Assembly: GCA_964474445.1 (NCBI GenBank)
Contig: CAYYSJ010000003.1
Coordinates: forward strand, 81,597-145,596
Length of the DNA: 64,000 nt
Direction: 5' to 3'
Origin: an uncultured Gammaproteobacteria bacterium
GTDB taxonomy: Bacteria > Patescibacteriota > Microgenomatia > Levybacterales > UBA12049
Under the pieces are notes generated by a model that was not told the DNA's origin, did no database searches, and saw only the letters and a program-made list of their open reading frames with translations. Of this stretch, positions 7,156-15,763 are shown piece by piece. Each line of letters begins with the position of its first letter. Within the stretch, counting starts at the first letter, position 1. Made by a program: the position numbers and the translations under genes.

Positions 7156-9144
7156 ATGGATATGATGGTAGAAGGAAAAGCCGCATTGAAGGAAGCAACT
7201 CCAATAGGAAGAAGAAAACGAAAAATTGTTCTCTGGCTGGTGGTAGTTTTTTTCGTAGTGGGAATGGGAGGGATATGGTTATCCTTTTTCAAAGGAGGGA
7301 TTTCTCAGTTTGATCTTCACAGCATTTTCCCAATGACAAACAATAACCTTGCAAAGGGGGTAGACAATCTGCAACGGGGTGTTGATATATCTCGTTGGTT
7401 TCGTTTTCCAAGCGATGAAAGTGATGCGTATTTTGCAAACTATATAACAGAGGATGATTTAAACTTTATTGAAAGCAATGGCTTTACCCATGTTCGACTC
7501 TCTATTGCTCCACAATATATTTTCGATACTGCTTCACCAACAAAAATCAATGCTCATATGCTGCCTTTTATCGATAAAGCAATTAAACGAATTCTTTCTC
7601 ATCATATGGCAGTTGTGGTTGATCTTCATGATGAACAAAAAACATTTGAGAATGGGAAAAACGCACAAGATTTGCAGGTTTTTTGGGGGAATTTTGCCAA
7701 ACATCTTACACAATTTGATGCAAATAATGTATATCTTGAACTTCTCAATGAGCCAGTGTTTGATGGCAGGCAACAGCAGTGGCTCGATTTACAAAATCAC
7801 CTTATTCAAATAGTAAGGCAGCAAGCACCAAATAATACAATCATTGCAACAGGGGCAGATTGGGGAGGAATTGAAGGGTTAGGAAAGGTAATGCCTTCTG
7901 GCGATAAAAATGTTATATATTCGTTTCATTTCTATGATCCCATGGCATTTACTCATCAAGGGGCTGATTGGGCAGGAGATAGCTATCCCTCAATTGCAAA
8001 ATTAGAATATCCAGAAAGCCAAATAAATTGTCATCAAGTACTTGCTCATGTTACCACTGCCAGTGCTACAGATGAGGTACAAGGATATTGTGACCAAAAG
8101 TGGAATAAAGAAACACTTGCGAACGTTATTCAGCAGGCCGTTGATTGGTCAAAGAAATATAATGTGCCAATTTGGGTAGGTGAATTTGGCGTATACTGCA
8201 AACAAACTCCTCGACAATCTAAGCTAGAGTGGTTAAGAGATGTCAAGGCTATTTTTGAACAAAATCATATTGGTTGGACTCTCTGGGGCTATGATGATTG
8301 TTTTGGACTTGGCGTTACTCATCAAAATGGACAAATTCAGTATGATAAAGACGTTCTACAAATTTTTCAGAGTAGTCAACGTAAAAAAAATAGTACACTT
8401 CTTTCTATACCGACATTGTCATCAAGTCAATCCAATTGGAATACTCTTATTGGTGCTTCATGGCAGTGGCAGCTTGATGGAGTTGTTGATACATCAGTGA
8501 ATGCAAAAGTCTTTGATATCGATTATGAAAAAAATGATGCAGGTGTTGTAAATACTCTCCATGCAAAAGGGAGTAAGGTAATCTGTTATATCAGTATGGG
8601 CTCCTGGGAAAACTGGAGAAGTGATGCAAATCAGTTTCCAAACTCTGTTATAGGGAATGATTACACAAACTGGCCTGGAGAGAAATGGCTTGATATACGA
8701 AGAATAGATATTCTTGGTCCTGTTCTTCAAAAACGATTAGATACATGTCAACAAAAAGGATTTGATGCAGTTGAGCCTGATAATATCCATGGGTACCAAG
8801 AAAATACAGGGTTTCCACTGACATACAATGATCAACTGACATTTAATAAATGGCTTACCCAAGAAGCACATAAGCGTAGACTGCTTATTGGACTAAAAAA
8901 TGATAGTGAACAAGTAAGGGATTTATTGCCATATTTTGACTTTGCAGTTACTGAGGATTGCTTCCAACAAGGATGGTGTAGTGATATGCTGCCATTTATT
9001 CAAAGCAGTAAACCTGTTTTTGCTGCAGAATACACAGATACTGGGATGACAACAGATAAATTTTGTTCTCAGGCAAAAGAACTACGATTTAATACAATCC
9101 TAAAACAAAGAGGCCTTACTGTATATATAAAACAGTGTAACTAA
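7156..9144 (+). CDS. Membrane-anchored two-domain glycoside hydrolase: N-terminal GH5 (cellulase-family) domain fused to C-terminal GH114-like (PelA/Ega3-type endo-alpha-1,4-polygalactosaminidase-like) domain
   Basis: N-terminal TM (IVLWLVVVFFVVGMGGIWL). GH5 signatures LELLNEPVF (acid/base NEP) and WVGEFGV (nucleophile GEFG), plus HFYDP. C-terminal WQWQLDG...VICYISMGSWENWRSD...GFDAVEPDNIHGY...DFAVTEDCF matches GH114/TM1410-like TIM barrel. Confidence 0.65.
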   Translation: MDMMVEGKAALKEATPIGRRKRKIVLWLVVVFFVVGMGGIWLSFFKGGISQFDLHSIFPMTNNNLAKGVDNLQRGVDISRWFRFPSDESDAYFANYITEDDLNFIESNGFTHVRLSIAPQYIFDTASPTKINAHMLPFIDKAIKRILSHHMAVVVDLHDEQKTFENGKNAQDLQVFWGNFAKHLTQFDANNVYLELLNEPVFDGRQQQWLDLQNHLIQIVRQQAPNNTIIATGADWGGIEGLGKVMPSGDKNVIYSFHFYDPMAFTHQGADWAGDSYPSIAKLEYPESQINCHQVLAHVTTASATDEVQGYCDQKWNKETLANVIQQAVDWSKKYNVPIWVGEFGVYCKQTPRQSKLEWLRDVKAIFEQNHIGWTLWGYDDCFGLGVTHQNGQIQYDKDVLQIFQSSQRKKNSTLLSIPTLSSSQSNWNTLIGASWQWQLDGVVDTSVNAKVFDIDYEKNDAGVVNTLHAKGSKVICYISMGSWENWRSDANQFPNSVIGNDYTNWPGEKWLDIRRIDILGPVLQKRLDTCQQKGFDAVEPDNIHGYQENTGFPLTYNDQLTFNKWLTQEAHKRRLLIGLKNDSEQVRDLLPYFDFAVTEDCFQQGWCSDMLPFIQSSKPVFAAEYTDTGMTTDKFCSQAKELRFNTILKQRGLTVYIKQCN

Positions 9145-9232
9145 AATAATTCCCCTAATTGATTCTTCCTTTGATGGAAAGTGAAGCAAAATCGTATTGC
9201 AACCTTTTTTAGTTCTTTGCGCTGTATAATAT

Positions 9233-9898
9233 ATGCCTTATCAGAAGATGGATATGAAAGTGGAGAAAAAACTAATTGAAAAAGCAAAAAGAGATAAGGC
9301 TGCATTTGGCGTTCTCTATAAGCATTACTTCACGCATATATTCAATTATGCGTTGCGACGTTTAGGAGACGTGGGGGCTGCACAAGAAGTAACATCTGAT
9401 ACCTTTTTTGAAGCAATGAATGATGTCAAAAAATTTGAGTGGCGAGGTGTTTCCTTTTCTTCATGGTTATATAAGATTGCGACCAATAACATCAATAGTT
9501 ATTTTAGAAAAAAGAACTATAAATTGATTTCGCTTGATTTTTTGTTTGCAAAGCATGATTTTGAAGTACCGGATGGGACAGATATTGAACAAGAGGCAAT
9601 AGCTGCCCAAGAGGAGCTAGAACGACATGAGGATTTTCTCTCTGTACAAAGAAACCTTTTAGAACTGTCCCTGAAGTATCAAGAAGTACTAGCACTTCGG
9701 TATTTTGAAAAAAAGAAACTGCAAGAAATAAGTGATATTTTGGGGAAAAAGGAAAGTACTGTAAAGTCGTTACTTTCCAGAGGAATTGAAAAATTGCAAA
9801 AGAAATGGAAAGAAGAGAAAGGAGGTGAAGCAAGAGCTACAAAGATGCAACCTTTTTTTATAAAGAGCGCTTTACCAGTAGACGAGGAAGATTTATGA
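9233..9898 (+). CDS. ECF-type RNA polymerase sigma-70 family factor
   Basis: Region 2 (...IFNYALRRLGDVGAAQEVTSDTFFEAMNDVKKFEW...WLYKIATNNINSYFRKK) and region 4 HTH (LSLKYQEVLALRYFEKKKLQEISDILGKKESTVKSLLSRGIEKL). TATAAT at 9225-9230 suggests the real start is an internal Met (9248/9254). Confidence 0.8.
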   Translation: MPYQKMDMKVEKKLIEKAKRDKAAFGVLYKHYFTHIFNYALRRLGDVGAAQEVTSDTFFEAMNDVKKFEWRGVSFSSWLYKIATNNINSYFRKKNYKLISLDFLFAKHDFEVPDGTDIEQEAIAAQEELERHEDFLSVQRNLLELSLKYQEVLALRYFEKKKLQEISDILGKKESTVKSLLSRGIEKLQKKWKEEKGGEARATKMQPFFIKSALPVDEEDL

Positions 9899-10782
9899 AA
9901 CACACACTAGAGAAACATTTGGAACATATGCAAATTCCAACACTAACTGTGAAGAAATTTGCATCACAGTTGGAACAAGAACTAATGAGTGCATCTTTGT
10001 GGAATAAGAAATCAAATTTTTGTGATTTCTTATGGAAAGGAGGTGAAAACATAATGATACAACATAAAATAATAACATCAGGAATTGCTTTCGGTGTGAT
10101 GGCTATTGTTATTGCTGGAGGTATTTTCCTTCTGCCTAACAATACAAAAACTGCATATGCAGAACAAATAGCTCAACAGAGCTATCACGCGCTATCACAT
10201 CTTTCTCCTGATAAGCTACAAGATCTCAAGCAAAGATTACCTGTGGATCCAAATGACTTGTTAAGTGAAGCAAAGAATGCAAAGGATTTACAAACGATAA
10301 CCTATGACCAGTTTGTAAAATATACTCCACAAATCAAGATGAGGGTTGGAATGGTGAGTGGCAAAGGAGAAGGGGATCAACTTCCACCATTGGGTACACC
10401 GGAAACAATGGATATGCATAATTATAAGTTCTTGCAGTTCACTGATCCGAATGGGTATAAAGTCATCTTAGGAATTGATGAGAATAACTTGCCAGTGTTT
10501 GCTTTTGGAAGGGGGAAAGATGGTCGTGCATTTGGCATGGTTCATAAGGTAGGTGGCAAAGGACCAGAGACTGGATCTGTTCGAATCGAAGGAAGAGACG
10601 GACCACCAGATATGAAGAGTATACAATCTGTCATGAGTAATGACGGTGGAAATACTCTTTTTATCAATGGGAAGCAATACGCTGTTCCTGCAGGAGTCAC
10701 TTTGTCAGATGAACCACCTTCTATAAAAATAGAGGGGAATGATGTCTATATAAATGGCGTAAAAGCAACTCCTAAACAATAG
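9895..10782 (+). CDS. Putative anti-sigma factor / single-pass membrane protein co-transcribed with the ECF sigma
   Basis: ATGA start/stop overlap with sigma gene. ~60-aa cytoplasmic N-terminus, one TM (IITSGIAFGVMAIVIAGGIFLL), ~210-aa extracytoplasmic domain. Confidence 0.4.
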   Translation: MKHTLEKHLEHMQIPTLTVKKFASQLEQELMSASLWNKKSNFCDFLWKGGENIMIQHKIITSGIAFGVMAIVIAGGIFLLPNNTKTAYAEQIAQQSYHALSHLSPDKLQDLKQRLPVDPNDLLSEAKNAKDLQTITYDQFVKYTPQIKMRVGMVSGKGEGDQLPPLGTPETMDMHNYKFLQFTDPNGYKVILGIDENNLPVFAFGRGKDGRAFGMVHKVGGKGPETGSVRIEGRDGPPDMKSIQSVMSNDGGNTLFINGKQYAVPAGVTLSDEPPSIKIEGNDVYINGVKATPKQ

Positions 10783-10853
10783 GAAGGATATCTTGTGATT
10801 TGATGCTCGTTAGCGGCTGTTGAAACTAACAATAAACAAAACCACAGGCCAAT

Positions 10854-10878
10854 AAGCAGCTTTCAAGCAGCTGCTTTT
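10854..10878 (+). terminator. Rho-independent terminator after sigma/anti-sigma operon
   Basis: AAGCAGCT-ttcaagc-AGCTGCTT (8-bp stem) followed by TTTT. Confidence 0.5.
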
Positions 10879-10975
10879 GGCGTAGAAAATAGTACTTGAA
10901 GTGATCGTAGTATAGAATGAAATCTTAGGAAATATGGGGGAAGGTGAAGAGAAAAGCTTCAACAAGGCGAAAATA

Positions 10976-11527
10976 TTATTGGATTGTCACTTGTGCTGTT
11001 CCTCCGTTTACAGGACGATAATATGAAAAGCCATCTTGAGTCCAGGTTATCCATACAGATTTTGTCCCAGCTGCATGAAATCTCCCTGTATTATTGATAT
11101 TAAAGATTTCGCCTGGTGCCAAATTCTTTCCTGAAGCACACCCAAAATTGCTCTCAGAGCTATTAAAGCAAATAGCTTGAATAAATTTCTTGTATGGAGC
11201 CTGGTTTTTGATAGTCACTGTATAGTTAATATCATCACCAACCTGAGCTACTTGTTGACTTGCAGTAATTTGTTGAATTTCAATAATATCATTTTGAGGA
11301 CCACCGCCAGCAGAAGGCAGAGTATTTGAATTTGTATTTGCGCTTGTTGCTGTTGGGGTATACGTGACGACAATTGCGGGAGCATTTACTTGAGGGGTAG
11401 TAGGTTGTGGAGTTGTTTTTGGCGTTACTGTGGTAGTTTGTTGTTGCAGTAACATTTGTTCTCTTCCAAAGAAGTAACTACCAACAAGAAGAACCATTAC
11501 ACCCAAAAATAACAATAGCCATCTCAT
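10976..11527 (-). CDS. Secreted protein (signal/TM anchor, Thr/Pro-rich linker, ~100-aa beta-rich domain with Cys pair)
   Basis: N-terminal MRWLLLFLGVMVLLVGSYFF; linker TTVTPKTTPQPTTPQ; no recognisable family. Confidence 0.5.
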   Translation of the reverse strand: MRWLLLFLGVMVLLVGSYFFGREQMLLQQQTTTVTPKTTPQPTTPQVNAPAIVVTYTPTATSANTNSNTLPSAGGGPQNDIIEIQQITASQQVAQVGDDINYTVTIKNQAPYKKFIQAICFNSSESNFGCASGKNLAPGEIFNINNTGRFHAAGTKSVWITWTQDGFSYYRPVNGGTAQVTIQ

Positions 11528-11764
11528 ATCTATAGTTTTTATGAAAAATTTGTTCCTGTCAATAGCTATTTACACTGCCAAAAAGTATATTCAATTTCAA
11601 AACAAGCAGGAACGAGGTCAAGCAGAGCTTGTATGAGAAAAGATACCATGGGCTTTAGCCCATGGAGTGTCACTTAATTATTTTACTTTCCATTCTTCCA
11701 TTTGCAACGTGTGATATGTTGTTTTAGCAATTACTATACTTATTGTAACTACTTTACAAAATAA

Positions 11765-12406
11765 ATGAATGCTTGTACTCTACATAAGATGAATAACTGG
11801 AAAACCATTCCAACAGACGAAGTAATTCAGAGAACCGCAGAGGCTCTTACTAAAAACGGTTATACAGCAGTTGTTGTGGATTCTGCACAAAATGCAAAAC
11901 AAAAAGTACTCCAAATGATTCCTGAAGGAGCAGAAGTTTTTACAATGACTTCTGTAACACTAGATGCAATATCCCTCTCAAAAGAAATTAATGAATCAGG
12001 TAAATATAACGCGGTGAGGCCTAAGCTTATGGCAATGGATAGAAATACACAAGCAAGCGAGATGCAAAAACTCGGTACAGCACCCGATTATGCAATTGGG
12101 AGTGTCCATGCGGTTACGGAAGAAGGAAACTTGCTTGTTGCTTCTCAAACTGGAAGTCAATTGCCGGCGTATGCATATGGAGCAAATCATGTTATTTGGG
12201 TAATTGGAGCACAAAAGATTGTTGAGAACACACAAGAAGGGATGAAAAGAATTTATGACTACGTACTTCCATTGGAATCTGAAAGAGCGAATAAAGCATA
12301 CAATATAGCAAGTGGAAGTTTTGTAAGCAAACTTCTTATTCTGAATAGAGAAATAAATCCAACTAGAGCGCATGTCATTCTTGTGAAAGAACATCTTGGG
12401 TTTTAA
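11765..12406 (+). CDS. LUD-domain protein (LutC/YkgG-like, DUF162)
   Basis: 213 aa; ...AIGSVHAVTEEGNLLVASQTGSQL...HVIWVIGAQKIV... typical of LUD domain. Confidence 0.55.
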   Translation: MNACTLHKMNNWKTIPTDEVIQRTAEALTKNGYTAVVVDSAQNAKQKVLQMIPEGAEVFTMTSVTLDAISLSKEINESGKYNAVRPKLMAMDRNTQASEMQKLGTAPDYAIGSVHAVTEEGNLLVASQTGSQLPAYAYGANHVIWVIGAQKIVENTQEGMKRIYDYVLPLESERANKAYNIASGSFVSKLLILNREINPTRAHVILVKEHLGF

Positions 12407-12423
12407 CAGAGAACCCTTTGTTA

Positions 12424-12487
12424 CTTCTAAACCAGCATTTCGTGACAACGTAATGGTAGAATTAGCTTCATGAATGTCTCTGTAGGG
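12424..12487 (+). repeat. Duplicated copy (~80% identity over ~64 nt) of the ychF promoter/5' end (original at 17788-17852), including -10 TGGTAGAAT, ATG and the first 6-7 codons (MNVSVGI), then a stop after 14 codons
   Basis: Compared cttctaaaccagcatttcgtgacaacgtaatggtagaattagcttcatgaatgtctctgtaggg with cttctaaacatggtattttgtactaaccttatggtaaaattagcttcatgaatgtttctgtcgg. Confidence 0.6.
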
Positions 12488-12729
12488 ATATCCAATCCAA
12501 AATTCCACTTTTAGAATTCAGATTTCGCTTCATTTTGCCTCCACCAAACAAAGAAAGAATAATTATACGGAGATAAGTAGGGGAGGATAGTTAGTTCAAC
12601 TGTATTTTTCTATTCAGAATTCTTTGATTCTCCCTATGAATACTTGCTAATCACTACTCTAACTCTATCTCTTTGGCCATCTGCTCAATATTCTTTATAG
12701 TAAATAATACTGAATTTGCCAGTTAAGCA

Positions 12730-12758
12730 TTGACGCTAGTGAGGTAGATTGACATACT
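12730..12758 (+). promoter_or_regulatory. Sigma-70-like promoter TTGACG-17-CATACT, 6 nt upstream of ATG 12765 (leaderless)
   Basis: TTGACGctagtgaggtagattgaCATACTgtaagaATG. Confidence 0.4.
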
Positions 12759-12764
12759 GTAAGA

Positions 12765-15506
12765 ATGGGGCAAAGCAATAGTTTGGAGGCAACAAAACCA
12801 TATAATGGAGAAGAAGTAAGTATTCTAAACAGTAGTTCACCAAAACATAAACCGTTAAAATTTTTACTTTTTCCCTGCATAAGTATTGCTCTTTTACTCA
12901 TTGCTATTGTCGGATTTAAATTTCTGATTTTTAGAATTGACTCTAGCTGGACTCGTGAAAAAGCAGAATATCTTGCAAGACGTGCTCTTCTTAATCCTTC
13001 AATAGAAGATGTTAATAAATTAACAAATGCTGGTTCAGCCTCTAATGCAGTAAATACACTTTTTGCTGAACCGTCTAGCGCCGTAATAGAAACATATACA
13101 AAGGGCCTTAACGAGCTTTCGCAAACACAAAATACTTATCAAGATGATAACGCATATCATAATGTACTCTATACATATAAATTGATTAATGATCCCTATC
13201 GTACACGCAGAAAACTTTTTTACCTTTGGGGAAACATCTTTTCAGTTGATCCATCCGATCCAGACGAACAAATCTCTTTAAATGATATTGATACTCTCCA
13301 TAATATTATCTACGCAGATACATTTGGAAATTATAAAGATATGCTTGGAAAAGTTAACACAAACTATGCATTAACAAAATTTCTCAATTTACCTGATTCA
13401 AAAGGGGACAATCCAAACGAAAACTTTGCTAGAGAACTTATGCAACTTTTTAGCATGGGAGAATATTCACCAATTCAAACAAACGTAAGAAATTATTCTG
13501 AGGAAGATGTGAACGCCCTTGCGTATATTCTTTCTGGGTATAATGTCACTAAAGATAAGCAACTTTACTTGGTACAAAACGATCATTATCAAGAAAAAAA
13601 AATGTTTCTTGGCGAAGAATTTAATGATCCCAGCACTATAATTCCTTATCTTTTTAATAAGCGAAGTGCTCAAATTGCTCAGTTCTTGGCTAATAAATTG
13701 TTGAGGTATTATGTGTCTGATAATCCATCTACGTTGGATATTGAAGAGGTCAGTAAGATCATTTTGCAAAACAAATTTGAAATACTTCCTTCGGTAAAAT
13801 GGCTACTATCTTCTCATATCATGTATCAGAAAAAATACATGCAAGAGACAAGAGTGAAAACCCCTCTCGAAGTTATTGCTTCTACCTATACTGCTCTTTA
13901 TGGAAATGATGCTGGGTTGATTACACCGCAACCGTATGAGCTAGATATGCTCAATTTTATTCCGTATTATCCCAAAACTGTATTTGGTAGAAATGGTTTT
14001 GTTCATAACGAAAATTTTCTTAGCGGAACTATCCTAAACCGTTGGTTAGGTTCTCTTACACAGTTTACGTTTCGAGACGATAAGAATCTGATAGAAAAGC
14101 GTAAAAAAAGATTGTTACAAGATATTACTCACTCAAAATCTCCTACGCCAGATTTACTGGTTGATCAATTTGAAAAGTATTTTTTACTAGGGAGAAGACT
14201 TCCTGAGTCTGTTCGTATTCAACTGAAACATTTTCTTACAACTGATGCAAATGAGCAAACCATAGATTTTTCTATAAATGATCCTGATTATCAATCAAGT
14301 AAAATATTTGGACTTGCTTCTTTGATGCTTTCCCAGCCTGAGTTTCTTTTTCAAAGCGGTTATGCGTCGATAAATTCTAATAACCAATCACAAATAAGTC
14401 TACAAAAAACAGATAAGAATTTTCCCAAATTAATTCTTGTTAAATTAGATGGGGGTGTAGATTACCAACAGATAGTTGCAAACATTGCTGATCCAAAATA
14501 TAAAGAATTTCGTCAAGATCTTGCGTTGACAGAAAACACGAGTACTCCACTTATTAATGGGTATGTCTTAAATAATTTAGCTTCATCTTTGTTACCAACG
14601 ATAGCAACCCATGAAGCCTTTTTCATTAATTCTGTTGGAGTACCTGGACATGATAGAGCACATGATATTGCAACAGAACAAATGGAAACTGGGCTTGGAA
14701 AAGATTTAGGTATCATCTCAAGGCATTTTGGCAATGACATTGCAGATATTGATCTTGTTTCATTAACAAATGATCCTCCCATTATGTATAGAGGAAATCC
14801 AAGCCTACAAATAGGATCTTCAGACTTACGACTATACACGAGACCTACAACTGGCGATCCAGATGGATTTGATAGATATAAAACGCTTAAAGCAAGATTT
14901 TCAGACTCAGCTAGTTCTACATTAGTAGCTAAGTTATATTCACAAGCATTCTTCCTTGATACAATATCAAATGATGTTTTAACAACTCATTCAGCTACAA
15001 CTTCCGGTGATTTTAATAACAAACAACAATTTGCCTACATTTCTCGATTGATGGATGGACAAATTGGTAAAGTATATTATCTTTATGCAGATGGGGGGTA
15101 TGACACACATAGCGATGAGAAGAGGGTACTCAAAGAGGAATTCCCGGATTTTATAGCTACTGTTACAAATTTTTACAATGAGAATAAAACAAAATATCCA
15201 TTGACGATTGTTCTTTATTCAGAATTTGGTCGAACAAATAAGGTGAATGCAAGCGGAGGAACAGATCATGGAACAGCAGGTGGGATAATAATTCTTAGTA
15301 ACATACTAAAATGGCCACTTATGACTGGACTGCTTTCTCCAAGCCAAGATACGGAAGATTGGTTAACTGTTCAAGTTGACGCGAGGGATGTATGGGCAAC
15401 TCTCTTTCATGATTTATATCATAGTTCAATAAAACAGCTTTTTGGGAGAGATAACACGATTTATGATTATCCCCAGCCAGTATATATGCGAGATAAACAT
15501 CTTTAA
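12765..15506 (+). CDS. Fusion protein: N-terminal DUF1800-like region + C-terminal DUF1501-like (alkaline-phosphatase/sulfatase-superfamily-like) region; N-terminal TM anchor
   Basis: DUF1800-like motifs LFYLWGNIFSV and FARELMQLFSMGEY. DUF1501-like motifs LILVKLDGGVDYQQ and TIVLYSEFGRTNKVNASGGTDHGTAGGIIILS. TM at FLLFPCISIALLLIAIVGF. Confidence 0.55.
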   Translation: MGQSNSLEATKPYNGEEVSILNSSSPKHKPLKFLLFPCISIALLLIAIVGFKFLIFRIDSSWTREKAEYLARRALLNPSIEDVNKLTNAGSASNAVNTLFAEPSSAVIETYTKGLNELSQTQNTYQDDNAYHNVLYTYKLINDPYRTRRKLFYLWGNIFSVDPSDPDEQISLNDIDTLHNIIYADTFGNYKDMLGKVNTNYALTKFLNLPDSKGDNPNENFARELMQLFSMGEYSPIQTNVRNYSEEDVNALAYILSGYNVTKDKQLYLVQNDHYQEKKMFLGEEFNDPSTIIPYLFNKRSAQIAQFLANKLLRYYVSDNPSTLDIEEVSKIILQNKFEILPSVKWLLSSHIMYQKKYMQETRVKTPLEVIASTYTALYGNDAGLITPQPYELDMLNFIPYYPKTVFGRNGFVHNENFLSGTILNRWLGSLTQFTFRDDKNLIEKRKKRLLQDITHSKSPTPDLLVDQFEKYFLLGRRLPESVRIQLKHFLTTDANEQTIDFSINDPDYQSSKIFGLASLMLSQPEFLFQSGYASINSNNQSQISLQKTDKNFPKLILVKLDGGVDYQQIVANIADPKYKEFRQDLALTENTSTPLINGYVLNNLASSLLPTIATHEAFFINSVGVPGHDRAHDIATEQMETGLGKDLGIISRHFGNDIADIDLVSLTNDPPIMYRGNPSLQIGSSDLRLYTRPTTGDPDGFDRYKTLKARFSDSASSTLVAKLYSQAFFLDTISNDVLTTHSATTSGDFNNKQQFAYISRLMDGQIGKVYYLYADGGYDTHSDEKRVLKEEFPDFIATVTNFYNENKTKYPLTIVLYSEFGRTNKVNASGGTDHGTAGGIIILSNILKWPLMTGLLSPSQDTEDWLTVQVDARDVWATLFHDLYHSSIKQLFGRDNTIYDYPQPVYMRDKHL

Positions 15507-15724
15507 CTTCGCTATAATGCTCAGTCTGTCAAACCTTTCAGTCGAAACTCACAGAACACAAACCAATAATTTGTTCCATTTAGCTTCAAGCTACACTTAC
15601 CACATCTGAGAAAAGCAAGAATAATTACAGAAAGAGATCAGTGGGGAAGGATAATACATTCAAAACCACCAGAATACTCACTTCCTGAGATTTATAGAAA
15701 TAGCAAGGGTTTGCATAGCAAAAA

Positions 15725-15753
15725 TTGACTAATTTTCCTGAAGTCAATATGAT
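15725..15753 (+). promoter_or_regulatory. Sigma-70-like promoter TTGACT-17-TATGAT, 10 nt upstream of ATG 15764; -35 overlaps a 6-bp inverted repeat TTGACT/AGTCAA
   Basis: aaaaTTGACTaattttcctgaagtcaaTATGATatagttattcATG. Confidence 0.5.
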
Positions 15754-15763
15754 ATAGTTATTC

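Noticed and set aside
11996-12508. 170-aa minus-strand ORF overlapping the LUD-domain gene and the ychF-leader duplicate
   Set aside because: It is antisense to a well-supported gene and spans intergenic sequence. It is likely a chance ORF in AT-rich DNA.
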